Source of the DNA: an uncultured Candidatus Poseidoniales archaeon
GTDB taxonomy: Archaea; Thermoplasmatota; Poseidoniia; Poseidoniales; Poseidoniaceae
Direction of reading: 5' to 3'
Assembly: GCA_964577145.1 (NCBI GenBank)
Contig: CAZNXM010000003.1
Coordinates: 6,186-70,185, forward strand
DNA length: 64,000 nucleotides
In this document: in pieces, positions 56,209-64,000 of the stretch
Layout: every line of letters starts with the position of its first letter
How positions within the stretch are numbered: the stretch's first letter is position 1
Position numbers and translations under genes: made by a program
Notes under the pieces: generated by a model
Database searches by the model: none
What the model saw: the letters and a program-made list of their open reading frames with translations, nothing else
What the model was told of the DNA's origin: nothing

Positions 56209-58229
56209 TCGACAATTTTGAGGACTCTGCCACACCCACCACATGGCATTCTGAATGGACGAGTATCAGTGGTCACTGGATTTGCTGTGCTGCATGCGGG
56301 GCAATCAATAAGTGGGAACGTTGGAAGATTTTCTCCAGGAGCCTTACGCCGTTTCGGACTGGCAAAGGCGGTAATTATCCACATAATCACCGTACTACAA
56401 GCAATTGCCCCCACAGTGAATGGTGGGTATGAATACCATAGAGTTATCAAAACAAATGGCACAAGTATCAATTCTATCCACAGCGCGTTTCTACGCTTTT
56501 CCTTGGTGATATTGAGTGCAAGCCAGAAACCTCCGCCAAGTAGAATTAGAGTGATTAGATTCAGTGAAAGAGGTGCATTGAGAATATTTGTCGAAGGCAA
56601 TGCAGTCAGTCTAAATGTAGTCGAGGGGTCGAGTCCACTTTGAATAATTTCAATCGATTCACCAGATAATCCCCTCCGGTGTGAAAGAGATGATTCGAAG
56701 TTTTCATCATCTGATTTTAGTTCAGCACCTGTTAGGCTGGACATCAAATCGGTATCGATTTTGATAATTAGGTCGAAGCTTGACCAGATAGGAGTTGGCT
56801 GAGGTATCAGAAACTGTCGCAATAGAGTATTCACGCTATCTTTCTCAGCAATTTCCTTCGTCTTTATTGTGAGAGTTAGAGGGTGTGGAGTGACTTTGTA
56901 CTCGCCATGTAATTCAACCTCGAAAGAGAGCTCAATCAAATCAGTAACATCATTCCCAAGCAATTCTTCTATCTCGATGGCCATTCCATCATTCATATAT
57001 GTCATTGCAAGATTGACCATTTGATGTTCAAATTCGTTAATTTCCACTTCATCAATAACGCGATTTCTACGCAGGTCATCATCGACTGCTCCGGCGCGGA
57101 ATATTCTCAAGGGTTGCGATAATGCAGGGTCTTCATTGCCTATATTATCAAGGCCCCAACGCATCCAATATGCGATTTCCCCATCGATGGCTAGAGTAGT
57201 GACCCTATCGATTACCATCTTGTCCTTTTCTTCATACACATCCATCTTAATCTGGACAGCAAGAGGTGAGCCGCTACCATCGGACCTCAGTGGTTCTTCA
57301 TCTGGGTAGAATACACCTCCTCCTCCTGAGCCATCATCTTGTGGATAAATTGTGAATTCTGCAGTTCCCGACATTGTTGGTGTTCCTGATTGAACTTGAA
57401 TGGATGCTTCAACTGTGATATTTTGCTCTCCACCATCTGCTGCGGCCCAAGTCCATGTGAGGCGAACATATTCCCCACTCCTAGTCTGTATTGGATCACC
57501 ATTCAATGCAGCATTATTTACTCGTACCTCGATACTATTTGCATATGCTCCAACCGATGTACCCCAAGGCGATGCAATCACTAATGAGACATGTGTGTCC
57601 AATCCTTCAACAACAGGTTCCTCAATCGTCAAATCTACAAGCGGTATATTTGCACTAATTGTACTATCGTCATCACTTGTCCCCCATCTGAAGAACAATC
57701 CAGCGTCACCACCAGGAACACTGAACACAACCGTTTGTGCCTTCAGTGTAACAGTAATACTGCTCGAGCCTGAAATCGAACCCGAATCTACAGGAATGGA
57801 AATTGAGAGAACACTTGCTCCGGCTGGAAGGAACGAGTTACCTGCATCTGTTGAACCCGTATGAGTTTCTCCTCCAATCATGACATCTACCGAGGCGTTT
57901 ATTTGGGCTCCACCGGCATTTTTGACTTCATATTGAATCTCAAATTCCCAAGTTGATGAGGGGAATTCACCTGGCCACGCGGGGGCAATGCTCCACTCAG
58001 CGAGCGTTTGCTCTTGAGCCACAGCATCGTTAATCGCTACCTCTTCGACTTCAGTGCCTAACTCCGCATCAAATGGGGTCATCATCCCTGCATTTGCTGG
58101 TCCAAGTAGGTGGAGTTCTATCGCATTTGAATCGCAGCAAACAGTTTGTGATTCTGCACTTACAGTATCCATAGGCAATGAGGATAACAGCAAGATAAGG
58201 CAGAGTATTGCTGGCTGTATGAAGCGCAT
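56205..58229 (-). CDS. Surface protein: signal peptide, ~520-aa ectodomain, 2-3 TM helices, cytoplasmic zinc ribbon.
   Basis: Start MRFIQPAILCLILLLSSLPMDTVSA (ATG at 58229, AGGTGA upstream). C-terminal CPACSTANPVTTDTRPFRMPCGGCG. Confidence 0.65.
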   Translation of the reverse strand: MRFIQPAILCLILLLSSLPMDTVSAESQTVCCDSNAIELHLLGPANAGMMTPFDAELGTEVEEVAINDAVAQEQTLAEWSIAPAWPGEFPSSTWEFEIQYEVKNAGGAQINASVDVMIGGETHTGSTDAGNSFLPAGASVLSISIPVDSGSISGSSSITVTLKAQTVVFSVPGGDAGLFFRWGTSDDDSTISANIPLVDLTIEEPVVEGLDTHVSLVIASPWGTSVGAYANSIEVRVNNAALNGDPIQTRSGEYVRLTWTWAAADGGEQNITVEASIQVQSGTPTMSGTAEFTIYPQDDGSGGGGVFYPDEEPLRSDGSGSPLAVQIKMDVYEEKDKMVIDRVTTLAIDGEIAYWMRWGLDNIGNEDPALSQPLRIFRAGAVDDDLRRNRVIDEVEINEFEHQMVNLAMTYMNDGMAIEIEELLGNDVTDLIELSFEVELHGEYKVTPHPLTLTIKTKEIAEKDSVNTLLRQFLIPQPTPIWSSFDLIIKIDTDLMSSLTGAELKSDDENFESSLSHRRGLSGESIEIIQSGLDPSTTFRLTALPSTNILNAPLSLNLITLILLGGGFWLALNITKEKRRNALWIELILVPFVLITLWYSYPPFTVGAIACSTVIMWIITAFASPKRRKAPGENLPTFPLIDCPACSTANPVTTDTRPFRMPCGGCGRVLKIVD

Positions 58230-58301
58230 ATACTGCTCACCTGAAGGACTGTGCTGCCAATGCACTATTCAACACTGTGGGCACATTGGCCCCGAAAACG
58301 C

Positions 58302-58652
58302 TCAAAGCGCCTTCTCTAGCAATGTGCCGAGTTCTTTCTCAAATAATCCGACAAGAGCTTCTCCGACTTCACCTTGGAGGTCATCGGGTAGCATCCTCAG
58401 ACCAAGTCTTGCAGCGGCGCGACTTGCTTTTAATTCTGCATAAACCGAGCGAGCCTTCGCTTGGAAATAATATGATACAGCATCTTTAATTTCAGCCTTG
58501 AGGTCTTCATCCGCATCGACCTTTGCACGAATATGGTTCTTTAATTCATCCTTGACCAAATCTCTGAAGGCCTCTAGGACCAAATCTTCAGTTGCCATCA
58601 GGTCTTTGACCTGAGCACCGAGGTTTCCTGTGAGAAGACGTTCAATCGCCAT
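58302..58652 (-). CDS. Small all-alpha-helical acidic protein (hypothetical).
   Basis: 116-aa ORF with good coding appearance. No motif recognised. Confidence 0.45.
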   Translation of the reverse strand: MAIERLLTGNLGAQVKDLMATEDLVLEAFRDLVKDELKNHIRAKVDADEDLKAEIKDAVSYYFQAKARSVYAELKASRAAARLGLRMLPDDLQGEVGEALVGLFEKELGTLLEKAL

Positions 58653-58727
58653 GATTTCCGGTTGCGGTCACCACTCTTGAACCCATCTGTGGCGAGGATT
58701 CATCAACCAGAGCGCTCAGTCACAAAC

Positions 58728-58994
58728 ATGGAGTTCTCATCAATCGGTGCTGAAGATTCAATCGAAGAGGCACGTTCACGTCTGGAATCGTGCGATGCTC
58801 TTATTGTATGGGGTGCTGAAATAATGGTTGGAGTATTGACTGAGGAACACCTTGAGAGAAAGGGGTCTTGCGGACAAGTTTGCGAACTGGATATTTTGAT
58901 AGATCCCGACCCAGTAAAGGCAGCAACATGGCGCCCAGCATACGTTATCATCACCGAGGATGGCGAACCAGTTATTCTCAGTCGTGGACCATGA
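58728..58994 (+). CDS. Small CBS-domain-like protein (hypothetical).
   Basis: ALIVWGAEIMVGVLTEEHLE and AYVIITEDGEPVILSR resemble CBS beta-alpha-beta-beta units. Overlaps the gltX 3' end by 17 nt (convergent). Confidence 0.35.
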   Translation: MEFSSIGAEDSIEEARSRLESCDALIVWGAEIMVGVLTEEHLERKGSCGQVCELDILIDPDPVKAATWRPAYVIITEDGEPVILSRGP

Positions 58995-60648
58995 GAAGCC
59001 CTTCTTCCTCGATGATAGCATAGCCAATTCTCTCAAGTTGGACAATTGTGCCAATTGGTAGGTTGTGAGTTTCTAGAATTCCTTCTTCTAAGCGGAGTTC
59101 CTTACCTTCTGCTGTGCGAAGAGTGGATGGTGAGCCACCTGCGACCCAGTGGATAATCGGTCGCTTGTCAGATCGTTCAATACTTTCGACATCCCCTTTT
59201 GCATCAACATCGCATAGGTCCTTGAGTCTAACCGGCTTTCCTGAATCCTCAGATTCAATCCATACGCCTTCTTCGAATGAAAATGAACGCATCCCTAGGT
59301 CCTCGGAAGGATGTGATGCAATACTTCCACTTCTTTCGACATCACCAGAAATCACAAGTGGAACTGCATTGCGAATGAAGGCAAGCCTCGGAGCAGTTGC
59401 TTCAATCGATTTTGTATTATGTGAATAAAGTGTGGATAATGGTACTGCAATATCTTTCTGCGTCAGACCTAATTCAATCCAGAATGACCTCAAAGCTTCT
59501 GCTTTTATTCCTCGACGAGAAAGTGCTGAAAGAGTAGGTAAGCGCGGGTCATTCCAATCACTGAATAATCCCTCAGCGATGTCCTTTTTCATTTGAGAGG
59601 TTGAGAATCCTCCGAATTCATGTACCTTGACTCGGCCCCAGTAAATAGTCTCAGGATATTCCCATCCGAAGTGTGAATAAAGAAGCGTTTGCTTTCTAGT
59701 AGAGTCCATCAAATCTTTGCCGCGAATGATATGAGTGACACCTTGGAGATGGTCCTCAACTGCTGATTGGAAGTCAAGTAATGGCCACACTCTCCACTTA
59801 TTTCCCACACGAGGATGAGCATTTGTCTGGATACGCGCAGCAGGCCAGTCACGAAGTGCAGGATTTTTCAGAGTCATTTCGGTCTTTACACGGAGTACAG
59901 CATCCCCCGGTTGGTATCCCTCAGGGTCATTCATCTTCTTCCAACCAGCGAGATTGTCTTCGACTGAATTAGCTCGGCATGGGCACTCGGTCATTCCAAC
60001 TCTGTGTTTCTTGAAATCCTCTGCTGGACATGTACACACATAGCCAAAGCCCTCGTCAAGCATCATTCTCGCATGTTCGTGGTAAACATCCATTCGCTCG
60101 GATGCAATTACGATTCGATGGGCAGGATATCCACATAACCACTCTTGTTCCTGAGGTATACTTTCGTATGCTTCAAGCATTGGAGGCTTGACTGTAGTAT
60201 CTGTATCGTCGAAGCGAAGAATAAGTTCGCCTTCATGTTCATTTGCATAATGAGCATTAATGACTAGTCCGCGTGAATGTCCAAATGAAAGGGGGCCATT
60301 TGGGTTTGGAGCAAATCGTAATATCGGCTTATTTCCATCGAGGTTTGGCAATTCTGGCAACCCCTCCCTACGGGCTTGAATTTTTTTCTCGAGTAGATGA
60401 GGCGCCTCAGATTCGAGAATTGCTTCAATCGCTTCGAGCCCTTCTGTTGTTGCCATTGCATTTGCAGAGGTTACAGCTTGTGCGACTAAGGGTGCGAGAT
60501 GTTTGCCATGAGGTCTTAGATCTGCCCTGTTTCCCATGATGCGGGAAATAACCGAGCCAGCCTGCCCTTTTCCAGAATACTGCAGACTATTTTGCAGGGC
60601 GAGGTGGCGAATGAGGTCTGAAACCTCATCGTCTGGAGTCCACTCCAT
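58978..60648 (-). CDS. gltX: Glutamyl-tRNA synthetase (archaeal/eukaryotic type).
   Basis: LRFAPNPNGPLSFGHSRG (HIGH region) and THIIRGKDLMDSTRKQTLLY. Start set at MEWTPDDEVSDLIRHLALQNSL (60648) to avoid a 90-nt overlap with rnhB. Confidence 0.9.
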   Translation of the reverse strand: MEWTPDDEVSDLIRHLALQNSLQYSGKGQAGSVISRIMGNRADLRPHGKHLAPLVAQAVTSANAMATTEGLEAIEAILESEAPHLLEKKIQARREGLPELPNLDGNKPILRFAPNPNGPLSFGHSRGLVINAHYANEHEGELILRFDDTDTTVKPPMLEAYESIPQEQEWLCGYPAHRIVIASERMDVYHEHARMMLDEGFGYVCTCPAEDFKKHRVGMTECPCRANSVEDNLAGWKKMNDPEGYQPGDAVLRVKTEMTLKNPALRDWPAARIQTNAHPRVGNKWRVWPLLDFQSAVEDHLQGVTHIIRGKDLMDSTRKQTLLYSHFGWEYPETIYWGRVKVHEFGGFSTSQMKKDIAEGLFSDWNDPRLPTLSALSRRGIKAEALRSFWIELGLTQKDIAVPLSTLYSHNTKSIEATAPRLAFIRNAVPLVISGDVERSGSIASHPSEDLGMRSFSFEEGVWIESEDSGKPVRLKDLCDVDAKGDVESIERSDKRPIIHWVAGGSPSTLRTAEGKELRLEEGILETHNLPIGTIVQLERIGYAIIEEEGLLMVHD

Positions 60649-60674
60649 GAATAGGGCGTAACGCCTCTGGTTAT

Positions 60675-61310
60675 TCAAAACAAGGTTCGTTGAGACTCTG
60701 AGGGCCTCGGTGGAGGCCTTCCTCCCCATGCGTCGGAAGTCGTTTTCCAACTCCATCGCAAGCACTCGTGTGGCATATCACCCTTGACTAGAATTTTCAC
60801 AGCAGCCCTAGTTTTGGGATCGGAAGGGTAACCGCTTCCCAAATCAATTCCAATTTCTTTGGACAATTCGTCAATTGCTCTATCCCTTGTTACCTTTGCA
60901 ATAATACTGGCTGCTCCAACCTCGAGGTGGTTGGAATCTGCACCATGTTCAGCCATGCATTCCCTCCCAGATTTCTGTGAGACATTGAGTGCAAATCTTT
61001 CAGCATTAACATCACATGCGTCAAGCATTGTTTCACCTGGTGGCATTATCGCTAAAGCCTCTGCAAATAATTCCACTTCGAGGTCGTTTAGGTTGTGGTG
61101 GCAATCAATTCTTTCAGGTGAGCAGATGACAATGCTATGCGGCATTTCAACTAGAGTAGCATAGATTTCTTCACGGCGCTTCTTACTCAAATCCTTTGAA
61201 TCTCGCACCCCTAATTCAGCAAGTTCACTGAGGCTCGTTGATGCGAATGCACAAACTACGAGTGGTCCGATTACCGGACCTCTTCCCGCCTCATCAACGC
61301 CTATGCGCAT
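60675..61310 (-). CDS. rnhB: Ribonuclease HII.
   Basis: MRIGVDEAGRGPVIGPLVV ... DSKDLSKKRREEIY. Confidence 0.9.
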   Translation of the reverse strand: MRIGVDEAGRGPVIGPLVVCAFASTSLSELAELGVRDSKDLSKKRREEIYATLVEMPHSIVICSPERIDCHHNLNDLEVELFAEALAIMPPGETMLDACDVNAERFALNVSQKSGRECMAEHGADSNHLEVGAASIIAKVTRDRAIDELSKEIGIDLGSGYPSDPKTRAAVKILVKGDMPHECLRWSWKTTSDAWGGRPPPRPSESQRTLF

Positions 61311-61319
61311 CTGTATTCC

Positions 61320-63689
61320 TCACAGGTCCAAATCATCAAGGTCGAGCATAGATGGGACTTCTTCAATTTCCTTCGTCACAGGATTTGTGCGTGAAGTTTC
61401 GGGCTCTAGGTCATCAGGTAGTGAAATATTAGCATGATGAGGAGTGCTAACTTGACCTGTTGCAACATCGAAAGCGAGTTCATCCATCTTATCTTTGACA
61501 ATAATCTCCTCGTGGTGGTCGATAACCGTACTTGCAGCTCCAACTAATTGCGGTGCAACCGGGTCGGTTTGCATTTGCTTTGGACCACTAGATGCATGGA
61601 ACATACCAGTGAATACCTCTGCTGGCATTTCTGGAGATTTAGCAATTTCGAGTTCATCCTGTCGCTTGCCATGGAATTCTGCCATCCAATCTTCAGGCTC
61701 TTCATTCATGGGTTCTGGTGGAGCATTACGTGCTGCTTCAGCCAACCGCTCACGTCGGTCCTTCACGCTCTTGTTAATCATCAGGCCACCGAGTAAAGTA
61801 GCCATAATGATCCATTTCCATGCCCATATGATGTAGACAATTGCCGAGGCTATTCCTCCAATATCTACTAGTGGCTCATCGATTACATCTGCTGCTTTGC
61901 CATCGAACGTAGAATTAGCGGTGTACACGAAGGGATTTTCTTCAGCAAGGCGACTATGCGCCGTAATATTGAGGAATAGGTTTCCTCCTTCATTTTGGTC
62001 TACAGGTAAAACTGCATATGCGCGGAATGTGAAATTTGCACCCCTTTCAATATCTATCATTTCAAATGAACGAATAGCCCCTTCTTCACTTTCTGTCCAT
62101 GCACCTTCCGGAGGTACAAAACTCATTTCGGTGAAATATGATGAAGTCATTCGTACAATCAACCCGTCCATAATATTGCCATCATTTCTCAATGTCATTA
62201 CTACATTGAGTCTACCTCTTGAATCGACTTCTGAACTGGAGTTCTCCCATATCCATTCAATGTGAGGTGCTGTTTTTGTTTCGAAATTGATAATGTCAAT
62301 AATGACTCCATCACCACGAATCAAGCGTATTGTTAGGCTTCCTTCGGATAAGCCATCTGCACCTTCAAGAGTAGAAAGACTCAGTTCAATTCCGTCTGCG
62401 AATCCGCCCTTTTGAATATTCCATGGGCCGACATCGATACTTGCATTTATTCCCTCTACGTCAAAGAGTTCCAAACTATAGGAATCCAAATAATTGCCAG
62501 TATTATTTATCTGAAGTGGGATAACACAATTGGAATTGACTTGCACCGATGAGCATTGGTCTGCAGCCATGAATAATTCGCCACCTCTCTCCCAATTGAT
62601 GAACGATCCAATGGATGCAACTCTTGTTCTCTCAGAAATACTACCTGGGGCCGCAAGGAAATCGAGTCGCAACTCGCCAGAATTTGCATTTGGTGCGCTA
62701 AATCCGATTTCGATTATCCTACTTTCATTTGCTTCAAGAGAATGGTCCTGTAAATTATCGAATACTGCAATTGTCCATCCATCGGACTCGATTCGGTCAC
62801 TTTCCTCTGAGCCCATGCGCAATCGCGCGTCGAGGAAAGTCGCAGTATTGCCATTATTACGGACGGTTACATCAAGTCTACCGGTCCCGCCAGGATTTAG
62901 AGAGAGGTCACTTTCAACCGAGTCGATAGTGAGGTTAAACCAAGTTTGCATATCTAAAGAAAAGGTCCAATTTGCGATTCTTCTATCCAATCCCGATTCC
63001 GCTTCAAGCGTGAATGACGGCCCAGTTCCTGCTAGAGGTGCACCATCGATGACTGGAGGGATATCAATCCAGAAACTAACAAATTCATTCTCTCCATCGA
63101 GGAGGTCGAGATGTACTTCACCATCATCGTTAATATCGTCAGAGAATCCGAAATTCCAAGATGAGGCGGTATTCATTCTAACTTTAACAAAGTCATCAAA
63201 GCCTGCAGTATTTGAGATATTCATAGCCCCATTGAACCGTACCCCTTGCTGAACATAGAATGACGAACCATCACTTGCGCCAAAACTTAGCATTGACCAG
63301 CGCGAGACAAGAACTTCGACCGTGAAATTCTGACTCCAGTTAGGGACTTCTACACATGAAATCGTGAAATTGAAATTTTGAGTACCATAGGGAGCAGCTG
63401 CGTCTACAGAGATGTTGATGTCTAAACCACCTTGCCTTCCCGATGCGACCCTGTATGCTTCGATTGGTAGGCCGCTAATATTCAAATCCTCATCTACGGA
63501 ATCTAAATTTGCCTCAAGGTGTCTTTCAAATCCAACGATATTATGCCAACCGATACGGAATTGCACAGTTTCACCTGGATGAGCAATAACTTCGCTATCT
63601 ACATAGAGATTGAATGGAGTCTCTTCGGCAGCAACCGGTAATTGCGGTAGTAAAAAGATGACCAAAAGGGCCACAGTGAACCGGCGCAT
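61320..63689 (-). CDS. Surface protein (789 aa): signal peptide, CARDB-like ectodomain, single TM, ~150-aa acidic cytoplasmic tail. Immediately upstream of rnhB-gltX on the same strand.
   Basis: MRRFTVALLVIFLLPQLPVAAE signal. RNNGNTATF / RNDGNIMDG motifs. TM IASAIVYIIWAWKWIIMATLLGGL. Tail ends DLDDLDL. Confidence 0.7.
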   Translation of the reverse strand: MRRFTVALLVIFLLPQLPVAAEETPFNLYVDSEVIAHPGETVQFRIGWHNIVGFERHLEANLDSVDEDLNISGLPIEAYRVASGRQGGLDINISVDAAAPYGTQNFNFTISCVEVPNWSQNFTVEVLVSRWSMLSFGASDGSSFYVQQGVRFNGAMNISNTAGFDDFVKVRMNTASSWNFGFSDDINDDGEVHLDLLDGENEFVSFWIDIPPVIDGAPLAGTGPSFTLEAESGLDRRIANWTFSLDMQTWFNLTIDSVESDLSLNPGGTGRLDVTVRNNGNTATFLDARLRMGSEESDRIESDGWTIAVFDNLQDHSLEANESRIIEIGFSAPNANSGELRLDFLAAPGSISERTRVASIGSFINWERGGELFMAADQCSSVQVNSNCVIPLQINNTGNYLDSYSLELFDVEGINASIDVGPWNIQKGGFADGIELSLSTLEGADGLSEGSLTIRLIRGDGVIIDIINFETKTAPHIEWIWENSSSEVDSRGRLNVVMTLRNDGNIMDGLIVRMTSSYFTEMSFVPPEGAWTESEEGAIRSFEMIDIERGANFTFRAYAVLPVDQNEGGNLFLNITAHSRLAEENPFVYTANSTFDGKAADVIDEPLVDIGGIASAIVYIIWAWKWIIMATLLGGLMINKSVKDRRERLAEAARNAPPEPMNEEPEDWMAEFHGKRQDELEIAKSPEMPAEVFTGMFHASSGPKQMQTDPVAPQLVGAASTVIDHHEEIIVKDKMDELAFDVATGQVSTPHHANISLPDDLEPETSRTNPVTKEIEEVPSMLDLDDLDL

Positions 63690-63807
63690 GATGCTTCGAG
63701 GAAGGCAAGCACTTCAAGTCGTTGGGCAAAATGTGTCGATGGGTTGATGATGTGTAACGCAATACAGGTAGCATGCCCATTTGGCCGTTCAAGCGTAAAT
63801 CTCCCAA

Positions 63808-64000
63808 GATGGCTGAGGAGTCTCCTACTCCTATTGCATATTCCATTGGAGAAGAAAACACTGCAGAGGAATTGAGTGATACCTCCCACAAAGAGGATGC
63901 AGATTACAAGGCAGCAATGGCACTTTTCGGCGGTTCGAAGGAAGACGAAAGCAAAGAAGACGAAGGTGAATGGATCAACCATACAGATGGATATTGGTAC
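63808..64000 (+). CDS. 5' part of an ORF encoding an acidic protein (MAEESPTPIAYSIGEENTAEELSD...). It runs off the window end.
   Basis: Hand translation from the ATG at 63808. No stop before position 64000. Not in the ORF track. Confidence 0.25.

Noticed and set aside
1-64000. CRISPR arrays, IS elements, integrases, toxin-antitoxin pairs, restriction-modification genes.
   Set aside because: No regularly spaced short direct repeats, no transposase/integrase motifs (DDE, tyrosine recombinase RxxR...HxxR...Y) and no short paired ORFs of TA type were noticed on reading both strands.

Overview
This 64 kb window looks archaeal. The housekeeping genes are archaeal-type: rps15 with a 5' GGAGG, archaeal-type gltX, rnhB, purD, carS (CDP-archaeol synthase), an arcS with the PCX3KPYX2SX2H motif, a dnaJ, and one tRNA-Met(CAT). 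Encoded proteins are strongly acidic, with D/E-rich tails, and GC is moderate (not computed). This suggests a salt-adapted archaeon, but I cannot place it more precisely. By the ORF coordinates, about two thirds of the window encodes very large secreted or membrane-anchored proteins: 3160, 1899, 1787 and 1424 aa, plus about ten of 150-800 aa. Several have RR-containing signal peptides and a C-terminal TM followed by an acidic tail. Notable items: (1) a 3160-aa AglB/STT3 oligosaccharyltransferase (WWDYG at aa 954-958) with an extra ~350-aa N-terminal polytopic domain, ~2200 aa of CarboxypepD_reg-like 'TDENG' repeats and a C-terminal TM; (2) a translationally coupled operon of three proteins with archaeal class-III (type IV pilin-like) signal peptides, one 715 aa, convergent with a wHTH/NB-ARC/TPR STAND NTPase; (3) a nickel superoxide dismutase cassette (sodN with the Ni-hook HCDGPCGVY and a cleavable leader, plus the SodX protease) beside a tRNA-Met whose 3' 31 nt recur 111 nt downstream and encode the SodX C-terminus, an att-like signature of horizontal acquisition; (4) a pyroglutamyl-peptidase/NUDIX fusion, a TSP3-repeat/beta-propeller giant, and zinc-ribbon-tailed membrane proteins. 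No CRISPR array, integrase or transposase was seen. I found no single coherent novel system with certainty. The candidates below are hypotheses from motif reading only.
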